A stretch of 63,883 nucleotides of DNA, filler included, from Parasitella parasitica NRRL 2501 (taxonomy: Eukaryota > Fungi > Mucoromycota): NCBI GenBank assembly GCA_025201805.1. It is 7 parts of 7 records of this genome, joined end to end, with 100 filler letters (N's around TTAATTAATTAA, not from the genome) between each part and the next. Parts side by side here need not be neighbours in the genome. Positions count along the whole stretch, not along the records: positions 53,469 to 57,862 come from MU619465.1; positions 57,963 to 61,786 come from MU619426.1; positions 61,887 to 63,883 come from MU619585.1; 4 more parts are not named here. One strand, written 5' to 3'. A program made the position numbers and the translations under genes. The notes under the pieces are model-generated. The model was given only the letters and a program-made list of their open reading frames with translations, had not been told where the DNA came from and made no database searches. Shown here piece by piece: positions 53,469-63,883 of the stretch (positions are counted from its first letter, which is position 1; each line of letters begins with the position of its first letter).

Positions 53469-54532
53469 ATTGAGTTACTGAGGGCATTTTGTATTGACTG
53501 AATCATTTCGCTGCCAATGCGGTTGATAAAGTCCTTTGGGGACTCTGTAACCTCAAAATGTAAGTCATTAGCCGAGTTGATGCGGTTATTGATCTCTACA
53601 GCTTTCGCCTGCTGGTTCAATTCAGCAGCAGTTGTTGGAAAACCATTTGGGAATAGAGCTTGTTGATGTGCCAAAAAGTGCTTAACTTCTTGATGCAAAC
53701 TGAATATATTGCTATAAAAGGTTTTACGATATAAGTCGTAAATTTCCTTCTCGTTCAAGCGTTGCAAGTTCCACAATCGGCGTGTATGAGTCAATGTAGG
53801 AGACAGTAGCTGAGGTTGGTGTTGAAGTTTAAACGAGAACTGCACTAGATGATGATCTGAATTGAGGTTCAAATCGCTTTCTATAGATAGTACAGGATTA
53901 TCCGAGAAGATGCTGCGTGGTGACACCGCAAAATCAATAATGCTAGTACCTCGATTGTTTTCAAAAGTAGGTTGGCCAAATGTGCAGATACGGTTCCATA
54001 AATTAACTTGATGAATAGTAAGCCAATTAAGGAGGTAATTGCTACGATGACTAGTTGATCGAGTATCACCAGTATAGGTACCAAGTCGAGTGTTGAAGTC
54101 TCCCAGGCATATGACTGATGATGTTGTATTAAAGTCAACACTGCTTAGAACATTCTGATAGTTTGTAATAGGCAATGTTGGGGGTAGATAGAAACCGTGG
54201 ATTGTAAGTGTGTTACCAATGACAATACTCAGTTTGGTGTGTTGGTTTGTGGTGGAGTCAGTAATGCGGTGAACATAATATGGGAAATTAGGTCTAACAA
54301 GAAAAGTCAAACCGCCTTTGCCTTTATATGCATCACCTGTGACAGTAGCATACTGATGATGTTGAGTCCAATTTGTAAATAAATCCCCCTTCAGTAGAAA
54401 GGTTTCCGTTAATAGTAAGATGTCGATATTGTGCGTTTCTAGATATTGTATAACCAAATCAAGAGAGGTGGAAATACCAGAAACGTTAAGCATTGCAAGA
54501 TTGATAGATTGTGATGAGTCTATCATAATCAT
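53469..54532 (-). CDS. Non-LTR retrotransposon ORF2, APE endonuclease domain (truncated by a gap)
   Basis: MLNVSGI, LLLTETF, FYLPP, LGDFNTR, TF...GTSIIDF, SDHH. Confidence 0.92.
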
Positions 54533-56336
54533 TAATTTGTATCCATAGGTCTGATCCCGGCGTTTCCTGGAAAGACATTCGTTTCAGAGTCAGGTATGGT
54601 CAAATGAGAGGCATCAGTAGAAGAGGTTGTAGCCGGCTGCAACAAGGAATCAAAGAGCTTAGTAGCATCAAAGCCTTTGAGAACAGTGTTGACTGTATTT
54701 GCCCCTTTGATCTTGCGAACAGCAGTTGGCTTCAGTTTGAGGAATTGCTCAACAATTACATCAGGGATTGCATGGCTATCAGTGCTATCTTTAGTATTGA
54801 AATATTTAAGAATAGTAAGACCGAGGCGAGGATCACGGAGTTGAGCTGCAGCTTGTAACATACGGTTGTAGTAGATAGCCTTAGCTTTATCGTTGAGCTG
54901 TAGCTCATTAAGTGATTCAAGCAGCTTGGGATCACCTAAATTTGTACCAGCAATAGGATTGAAGTCAGTGATAAGGTGAATACCCTCTGTAGCACAGATA
55001 TTCAGAATTTCTTGTGCATATCCAGTGTGTACCAAAAGGGATACAATGTTTTTGGCGGGACGCTGGATAGCGTAGATTCTGTTGAGATTGATCTTGAGAA
55101 TTCTCAATTTTTCTCGCAATTCTGTATGTTTGGTCTTGCGATTAATTGGCAAGTAAATGCAAGTGTATCCAACAGGGGCAGCAGGTGGTTGGAATCCATC
55201 AGCTCCAGTACTGGGAACAGTAGCCTTAGGCTCCTTAGGAGTGAAGAGGCGCAATGCCAGCTTCTTGGCATCTTCTGGGTTGGTGCTCCAATTGGTGGAC
55301 TTTTTGGCTGTTGATTTTGCCTTGGGCTTCTTAATATCAGCCTTAGTGTTGGTGGTGGGCATAGATTTCTTTAATCCAGAGGCCTGAAGGCTGGGAAAGT
55401 CCTTTTCGGATGCATAACGAGATGCAGATGTTCCAGACTTAGATCTGGCAAAGTTGAGATTGGGCTTCAGATTAAGCTTGTTGGGGTGGGAGTGGTAGTG
55501 GCACTAGAACCAATTGTAACACGTTCTAAAAGACGGGTAAGAGTACGATTTTGCTCTTGTAAGCTAACGACAAGATCAACCAATTGAGCTTGAGATAAAT
55601 CATTGAAATAATCGCGGCCAGCAACGTCTTGCATCGTTGTATCACGGCGGCGCTTATTAGCATTGGTGGACTTCGAGGAACCTATGCCAGGTCCCGAGTT
55701 TAAGTCGATGGTTGAAGTCCAATTTGGCTTTGGTGCTTCAAAAGTGGCAGGTGCTACAGCCAAAGAGTTCGGAGAAGCTGAATTCAGATTCGGCGAATCT
55801 GCTGTCATGGCGGAAAAGGAAAAGTAGATAAGGTTTGGATTAAAGGGGGTAATAAAAGCGGGAAAANNNNNNNNNNTAGTGTTGGTGGTGGGCATAGATT
55901 TCTTTAATCCAGAGGCCTGAAGGCTGGGAAAGTCCTTTTCGGATGCATAACGAGATGCAGATGTTCCAGACTTAGATCTGGCAAAGTTGAGATTGGGCTT
56001 CAGATTAAGCTTGGGATTGGTGGTAGTGGCACTGGAACCAATTGTAGCACGTTCTAAAAGACGGGTAAGAGTACGATTTTGCTCTTGTAAGCTAACGACA
56101 AGATCAACCAATTGAGCTTGAGATAAATCATTGAAATAATCGCGGCCAGCAACGTCTTGCATCGTTGTATCACGGCGGCGCTTATTAGCATTGGTGGACT
56201 TCGAGGAACCTATGCCAGGTCCCGAGTTTAAGTCGATGGTTGAAGTCCAATTTGGCTTTGGTGCTTCAAAAGTGGCAGGTGCTACAGCCAAAGAGTTCGG
56301 AGAAGCTGAATTCAGATTCGGCGAATCTGCTGTCAT
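54532..56336 (-). CDS. Non-LTR retrotransposon ORF1, 5' part present twice around a small gap, one copy frameshifted
   Basis: Lies directly upstream of the endonuclease with a TAATG overlap; YLP...LR..L.I...RI..I..PA.NIVSLLVH..Y motif; MTADSPNL segment duplicated. Confidence 0.8.
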
Positions 56337-56653
56337 GGCGGAAAAGGAAAAGTAGATAAGGTTTGGATTAAAGGGGGTAATAAAAGCGGGAAAATAAGGT
56401 TAATTTGGCAAGAGGTTTTTCCGAAAAAGTATATAAGAGGGTCAATTTGCAACGCGCGAGAAACTACCTATACTTCTCTTCGGTAGTATAATTTAAACTT
56501 TATTGGTTTTAATGCAGTTATAAGGATCTTCGCTGATTTAGCCATTTGATCAACTACAGTGATTTAAAGTAGATTATGATAAAATATAAAAACTAGACTA
56601 TAAAAGCTAGAAAAAAAAGAAGATAATGAATAAAATATAAATAAAGGGATTAA

Positions 56654-57862
56654 TCAAAGACTAATATCCTGAGAGCTACTTTCGGTATTGGCGCCAGGAA
56701 CAAATACTATTTGACCATGAGGTGGTTCAGGATCAAAGATTGCGGAAGGGTGAGAATATGTGTCAAGTTGAAAAAGAATTTGATTGAGCACGGGCCATGT
56801 GTGACACCAATGCTGTTCTTTAAAATGGCTGAAATTACCAGGAAGTTGGTTCAAAAGATAATCAATTTCGGTGGCAGGTAATTGTGGGCGAGTGTAATTT
56901 TTGACATGTGTTTTGAGAAGCAAATCTAACAGTTCGAGATTGCTGTGGAGGAGAGGACAGGAGAGAAAGAAGTGTTTTTTGGATATAATACTCGTATTAT
57001 CACAGGGACAGGCAACTGGTGTTGATGATCTGGGTATGAGCCAGCCCATACGCCATTTAATGAGGCGATGGCGTTCTTTTGAGGTGCAAGGGATAAACAA
57101 GATAGGGTCTGTGCGAGGGGTGGTGTTAACCGCACGACGGCATTGTTTTATAAGTTGGAGATTAGGCGCGTCTTGACGTTGGTGGTGTTGATCTTGTTTA
57201 TATTGCTTATTAATTTTATAGATCTCCGTTGGCCGTGGCGGGTCTATATTAATGTTTGTGATCGTGGTGGTTGTGAGTAGTTTTGTCCATAGTGTGTTCT
57301 TTTTCAACATGGTCTTCCAGTATTTGTGCAATGTTCCTTTACCTAGGCAGCTATTCAAAATATTAGCAGTGAGTAATCCAGGTGGTAATGAATGTATTCT
57401 AACTAAAAATCTAAACTGCAAAAGTTGATGTCGAGTTGTCATTTTAGGCATAGTGGTGATATGTTCGATGATTGAAGTTGGCGGCTTAGCTGTGTTTTTG
57501 AAATTAAGAGTCTTTTTAATACAGAGTGTCTGAGCTTGCTGCAATTTCGTTTTTTGTTTAAAATTCAAATCTAAAAGACAAATACCGAATTCCAAGATGG
57601 GTCGAATGAACTGTGAATAAGCTGATGTCGCGATTAATAGTCCAAGACTGTACATGTGAACGCCAAAGTAACGTAGCTGTTGCATTTGAAGAGTCGCTTT
57701 GTTGATATTTTGTTGTAATAGGGCGTCGTGTTGAATTCCAAATTCGTTGAACGGTATACCTAAATATTTGAAAAAAGGAGCAATTGTTAATGACTGATCA
57801 TATAGAGAATACCTGAAAGAAGATGAAGGATTGACGATGACAGACTTGGAAGGATGCCAGTT
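56654..57862 (-). CDS. Non-LTR retrotransposon ORF2 C-terminus (end of RT, thumb, Cys/His region)
   Basis: WHPSKS, FKYLGIPF, YSQFIRPILEFG, DPILFIP, RLIKWRMGWL, CPC...H...CP. Confidence 0.9.
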   Translation of the reverse strand, partial: NWHPSKSVIVNPSSSFRYSLYDQSLTIAPFFKYLGIPFNEFGIQHDALLQQNINKATLQMQQLRYFGVHMYSLGLLIATSAYSQFIRPILEFGICLLDLNFKQKTKLQQAQTLCIKKTLNFKNTAKPPTSIIEHITTMPKMTTRHQLLQFRFLVRIHSLPPGLLTANILNSCLGKGTLHKYWKTMLKKNTLWTKLLTTTTITNINIDPPRPTEIYKINKQYKQDQHHQRQDAPNLQLIKQCRRAVNTTPRTDPILFIPCTSKERHRLIKWRMGWLIPRSSTPVACPCDNTSIISKKHFFLSCPLLHSNLELLDLLLKTHVKNYTRPQLPATEIDYLLNQLPGNFSHFKEQHWCHTWPVLNQILFQLDTYSHPSAIFDPEPPHGQIVFVPGANTESSSQDISL

Positions 57863-57998
57863 NNNNNNNNNNNNNNNNNNNNNNNNNNNNNNNNNNNNNN
57901 NNNNNNTTAATTAATTAANNNNNNNNNNNNNNNNNNNNNNNNNNNNNNNNNNNNNNNNNNNNACAGCCGGGACACTGAATTATACGGACTCCAATAAC

Positions 57999-60595
57999 CA
58001 TTTTTATACACCTTCATTTTTGGATGATGAAGTATTATATAACACCAAATCAAAGATATAACTGTTTTCCACGCTTATTAAAAGCGTCATTTTTAATTAC
58101 TACTAACTTTACAAAACTATCGTGAGATGGAGACACAACTTTCAACCAAAATATTTTCCGTTTGAACTATTCTTCAACATATCCAAATCTGAAGTATCTC
58201 TGAACATCATTCAGATTTTGCTATCTTTGGACCCCACTGATTTGTTAATTTCCCAGCCGGAAGTCAAACTCAAGTAAACTCAATCCTGAGCACAATTCAG
58301 GAACATATACCAATGGATCATGGTCCTTATTTAGAACTCAACATGACATGTTCATGGACAATAGATACAATCTATTGTTCCATTCTCTAAATCACACCAT
58401 GTCTCACACTTGTATCTTATCCTCCCATCAGTCCGCTTAGTTTGATGCAGAATTCAAAGGCTGCCAAAAAACATTTAAAAAAAATATGCATTCTTATATT
58501 TACTTATTATTTCTGGAGATAGAGTATTAGCGCAAGTTGCAATAATGGTAACATATTTCTGAGCTTGAATTTACCAATGTGAATATAGGCCATTAGTAGT
58601 GAAGCAGCTATTTCAATTGAGGAGCAAAACATGAACTCTATAAGAAATCTGGTTATGTATAAATATGAATCAATGGCCAAGATGCTGTAAAATATGACTT
58701 TAATAGTTATTTTTATGTATCTTTATGTTTTGGTTAAAATAAATGCTACCTAATTATGACCATCACCTTTTTCCCCGCTTAAAAGCATAATCTACAATCT
58801 TTGATATCTTTGCATACTATTAAGCGATAGAGACACAACCTTCAGCCAAAATCGTCTTTTTTTGCAGCATTTTACAATATATCCGAGTTTTATGCATGTA
58901 TGGCCATGTTTCAGATTTAGCTATGTTTGGACCCTAAACCTCATATATTCGATTTTCAGTTTTCAACTTTGGGTCAACCTTCAGGGTCATTTTTAGGTTC
59001 GGATTTGGGGTCCAACAAGGCAAGTATACATCCAAGTACTGGTATGATAACTGTACATAGCCACGTCTTCTGATTCTCGATATCTATCTTTGCTGTTAAG
59101 ATATTGCCAAAACCAAATTTTGCAAATTTTTCAAATTTTACAGCATATGTTCCTATAACAATTACCAAATTGTACAATTAAATCATGCTCGAGTTCCTAA
59201 GTAAAGTAATAAAGCACGTTTTGGTACATCTGCTGGTAATAAACATGTCGTATTTAAGCTCGAATTCAACAAGCTTGGGTCAATTTTGTCTTTTTAGGTT
59301 AAATTTTGTTCCCCTGTTTCTCAAAAAACTACTATGACACTTTGGCTTGAGTGATTATTAAAATCTTTTTGAAACCTGATCCTCTACTAGATTTATTAGT
59401 TTTTACATATACATGTACAGAAAAATATTTTTTCATATGCTTTTAGCAAAAGCTTAATTTATTTTCGTAACTTACAAAGCAATAAATGATACATAACGAT
59501 ACATGATATAGCAATACAAAAATAAAGCTACAACATAGCTAAGGAAAGGTTTTTGTTTGGTCAAAAAATACCAATTTCTGAGAGAGAAAATTTCGAAAAA
59601 CGGAATTGATTTTTACCCTTTTGAATGGCTTCATTTTGGCCCTCTAAGTATAGGACCGAAAAATTGTAGATGCATTTTGGTCGAGACAAAATTTGGATTT
59701 TTGGCAGATATAACTTAGCTACAGTTATAAACAAGATATTGATGTGTAGGTATTGACATGATGGTTTGGTTGATCAACTTTATAGAGCTGAATGTGCTCA
59801 AAATATGCTTGATTTTACTCAAAAACTATCAAAAAAGGCGTTTTTTGAATATTTGAAAAGTGGTAATAAGAAAAGATGCTTCTATACCCTTGCAATCTAT
59901 ATGGTTGGATGCAGAATTTATTTCTTGTCATAAAACACTTAGTAAGCTCATCCGATATACCTATTGCGTTTATGAGATATCTAGCAATGAACCATGTGCA
60001 AAAAGCTCGAAATTTGGTTTGGGTCAAATGGAAACACAGTGCTGAGATTCAATCTACGGCCTTTTTTTTCGCTGTAAATGAGTCCAACACCTATTTTCAA
60101 TTGAAGAGCAAAGCATGATTCTAATAGGCACCTTGCGTATGTCTCCATATGAATCGATAACTGAGATACTGCATAATACGGGCTAAAACCATTTTTGTAT
60201 ACCTTTATTTTTGGATGAAATAAATACCATCAAATCTGAAGTATTACTTCTTTTTCTGCTTAAAAGACATAATTTGCAATTACTGATATCTTTACAAACT
60301 ATTAAGCGATGAAAACATAAATTTCAGCCAAAATATCTCTCGTATAAACTATTCTACAACATATCCAATTCTCAAATATCTCTGACCATGATTCGGATTT
60401 TGGGATGTTTGGACCCCAAACCTCTTATTCAATTTTCAACTTTGGGTAAACCTTCAGGGTATTTTTAGGTACAGATTTGGGTGCCAAGGAAGGTATACAT
60501 TCTTATACTAGTACAACAGCTGTATCTCTACACCACGCTTTCCGAATTCCAATATTTATTTTAGTTGTCGAGATACTGCCAAAACAAAATCTTGC
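57999..60595. repeat. Three diverged direct copies of a ~240-400-bp non-coding unit (~57999-58237, ~58775-59125, ~60187-60595)
   Basis: Shared blocks ttcarccaaaat, atatcc, gattt..ttggaccc and ttttcaactttgggt.aaccttcagggt. Confidence 0.75.
58238..58440 (+). mobile_element. Truncated family C LTR
   Basis: Closely matches 3819-4023. Confidence 0.85.
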
Positions 60596-62429
60596 TGATT
60601 TTATAGCAAGTTATGTGGATAATGATTGATCAAGCCTTACGTCTATAAAAGCCCTCCAGTTGTGTATTTGGAGCATTATTTAGAAAGTCTTTATTATTAC
60701 GTTAAAATAACACATTTGCGCAACATTTATAATGCTGTGCATTTTATATTGGGAAAACGGTGAGATGATCTTCCATATACATACAGTAAAAAGAACCCAT
60801 TCCAAATTATAAGGGAAAACGGATGTTCTCTTAAAAGAGCTTATATATAATTACAATATGGTTGCTTTGTTAAACTCAAACTCAAGATCAACTCAATCTC
60901 TATCAATAGGGGAAAAAAGCATTTGGTATGTAGTAGTTTACCCGACCTTTAAAAAGGGTCCTTGTGATTACTGATATACTTTGTTGTTTTTCCTCCCTTC
61001 GATCAATGAACTGAGCAAAATGTTCAGTTAAAATGTAAGGACACTGCTAACAACCTAGAGAATACTGCATATTATCTATTAGCCGTAGAAGTATGTCATC
61101 CGCAACTTTTGTTTATGCATTAAACTATAAAAAATCAGAGATTTGGGCCAAAAATAAAAAAAAAAAGAAACATAATTTTTTCGGTTTTTCGGTTTTATCC
61201 ATTATTTTTCAATGCAATTCACTTTAATCTTGGCATAGTTAGATAAAGCACCATTTTTTGTATCAATATGTTGTATTATGCTTGGAGACTTTGTGTTGAA
61301 TTTGGCATCAAATATGCAATCAAAGTGTTTCGAAATGGGGGGGTTTCTCTTTGGCTAACTGAATCATTCAGAACAGAAAAATGCGCCGGTTTTTTTAAAT
61401 TCAGCTACGTGCTCAATCAAAGGCTCTTGAGGTATAGCTGGTAACTATATCATGACAAATCAGTATCAAATCGTCTCTCTTTTGAGAAAGCAGCACTGAA
61501 GATAGATCAGAATCTCCATATATTTGAATACAATACCAATAAAAAGCAAAGCACATCTTAAAACCGTAATATTTCAAAATGATACTGCTACATGTCGCAG
61601 ATTTCGCATTTTCGGTTGCTTGTATATTGAGCAGTTTAGGAACAAGAGAAATTACCCACATGTCAGTTGTAATACACCATTCGAATGCTACAATGCATTA
61701 AAACATGGCTGTCATTACTAAAATTCTAGAGAAAAACTATGAGACTTGAAATAACTGTTTTTCTCATTTTGTCCTCTTTTCATCAANNNNNNNNNNNNNN
61801 NNNNNNNNNNNNNNNNNNNNNNNNNNNNNNTTAATTAATTAANNNNNNNNNNNNNNNNNNNNNNNNNNNNNNNNNNNNNNNNNNNNTACATATAACATTG
61901 TCAAGCAGCATGGCGAAAAGGCTATATCCAGCCTTGGTATAATTTTGAGTTCTCTTTGGGTTCTTTTGTTGAAGTAAGGGCCTATTTTTTCTAAGATTGC
62001 TACTTCGATTTTAATCGTACCACACAAAAGAACAGCTCTCTTTAATAGGTCCCGTATAATATATTCGACTTTTTGATTAGTCGATCATTTAATCAAATGT
62101 AAAAATGGTCCTTAGAAATAAAACATTTACAATGCTATATATTGTTATGTACTTTATAGTGCCTTATAATAACATATATTACTCGAACTATTAAAACTAT
62201 TTTTACAAATAAAAAAATAAAAAATAAAAAATTTGACAAAAGAAAAATAGAGTTTGGCTTTTGAGAGGTACTTGTGTTGACGTCGTTAGAACAGTTTACA
62301 ATTAAACTTGATGATATGATATACCTACTTTAGTATATAAGTGGGAATTCTCGCGAACGATCCATGGATCCATCCTTGATAACTTGAATAACCGATATAT
62401 CAAAGCTCGAGGATTCAGGTTCTTTCAGT

Positions 62430-63760
62430 TCAGCTTCATCTTGTTTTGTCACACAACATCTCGTTCAAAATACTTTATATAAGGAAATTTTTTTTCTATT
62501 TGTAAACATATCAACTTTTTGAATTGACTTTGGGAACGAGATTTCAAGTACTTCTACCATGGTGTAAAATGAGCTATCTGGCATTTTTTGAGTGGTGTAA
62601 ACTCTAAAATTGTATCCTTATAAAGAGATAGTTTAAAAACTTAGTATAAAAATGGTAGGTCACACAACACAATAACCGGGATTTATGTCATTTGCCATGG
62701 ATCTGGAAAACAAGAATAGAACGTGTTTTGGATTCTCCAACAGTCTTGGCAATCACAAACGCTAATGTCAAGGGGCCGTTGGCTAAACCTGCAATATTCG
62801 GTTTTGGCTCTACTATTTTGGCTTCACCATAACCAATTGTGCAACCCTAACTAAGCTGATCGATTTCACAGATCATTGCATCAGGCTGTACGCGAATTAT
62901 CTCACTTGTATAATCTTTTTCAGGCACATATTAGCGCCTGTTTTATTAAATCATGCAAAAAGAAAATAGTAACCATCTAAGCAATCTGTCACGGTCAGGG
63001 TCAGAGAACAATGTTGTGAGAATGGGATCAAATACACTGCTCCACAATTCTGTTTCGCGAATGGTTATGGCAGACAAGAGATTTTGGGATGGAAGTTTTT
63101 TGTATCCTAAATGATCGCAAATATTAGTATCATATTACTAATATATAACAATAATACAAAATGAATTTACAAGTTTGCTAAATTAATTAAAACCTGTGCT
63201 TCATAATCCTCTTTTCCGACGCTCATGGCGGCCAACTTTTGAACAGCATCGCGTGTCTTGATCCTCCTTTTTTGCAGATTCTATTGTTTGTTAACGATTT
63301 TATTAGTGGCTATAACAAGAACGTTTATCCTTCATATGCATACATAAATCACATCATCAAGAGAGCTGGAAATATCTCGAGCTTCTTTTTCTACATCAAC
63401 AATCAGATTACTCAAGATGCTCTTGTGCCATTCATTTAGAACTTCGTCATTAAAATGATCACGTGTGTGTCTGCTAAAATTGAGAAGGTGTGAGGAGCAT
63501 GATATTGGTTAAAGCACTATAAAGAGAGTTGGTTATGAATCATCAACATGTTTACATAAGCTCTGATATATCTGTTTCCAGGCTGAAATCAGCCCCTCTA
63601 GCAGCATCGTACATGACCTTCTGCTTATAAGCTCTAAACTTTTCATTTGCGGTCTGTTGCTGGTTTGGCCGTTTTGTTGGTTTCTAAACAACAGTGCTTA
63701 TTAGTGCCACACATCACCAAAGTCTTAATCAAAACATATAAATAATTTGGGAGATACTTA
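62430..63760 (-). pseudogene. Decayed PD-(D/E)XK-like gene
   Basis: QPDAMICEIDQLS*GCTIGYGEAK, then across a frameshift ILVFQIHG; same motif layout as 4263-6146. Confidence 0.5.
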
Positions 63761-63883
63761 CTGTTGTGATTTCTTAATCTTCTTTTTGCTTTCTTTTTGG
63801 TGCATACTATTTGGAAGTTAGAACAAAGTTTTTTATCAAGTAGTTTCCAAATGGTGTCATAAACATAAAAATGGATATCTACC

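Noticed and set aside
56450-56490. Hammerhead ribozyme at the LINE junction
   Set aside because: The core reads CCGAAGA rather than CUGANGA, and the GAAA strand is missing.

Overview
Eukaryotic, AT-rich, intron-dense DNA that looks like a Mucorales (Mucoromycota) fungal draft assembly. Evidence: short GT-AG introns, a white-collar-1 gene, an E2F-partner DP gene, and Crypton/Helitron/L1-like elements. Six 100-nt N gaps contain an artificial TTAATTAATTAA all-frame-stop linker, so adjacency across them is unproven. Three zones. (1) 1-11 kb is a transposon graveyard: nested solo LTRs in a chromovirus integrase, LINE and DIRS-like remnants, and one intron-containing PD-(D/E)XK-like gene. (2) 11-43 kb is a compact gene block: epsin, CHIP/STUB1, TCP11/SOK1, ketohexokinase-like, GATA factor, a catalytically dead S10 carboxypeptidase, a GPI protein, securin-like, Stm1/SERBP1-like, F-box, wc-1, PFK-2/FBPase-2 and DP. 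(3) 43-64 kb is a second repeat zone: Helitron, Crypton, CACTA-like element, head-to-tail LINEs and non-coding repeats. The most striking unexplained signal is a ~0.5-0.65 kb non-coding island at ~45.97-46.6 kb that can be folded by eye on the + strand into deeply nested helices with two pseudoknots, suggesting a large structured RNA of unknown function. Other notable observations: two convergent genes share their stop codons (TTAA), an S10 pseudo-peptidase has lost all three triad residues, a LINE-LINE junction has a pseudoknot and no poly(A), and a chimeric solo LTR marks a probable ectopic recombination. All calls are by-eye; no database searches were run.
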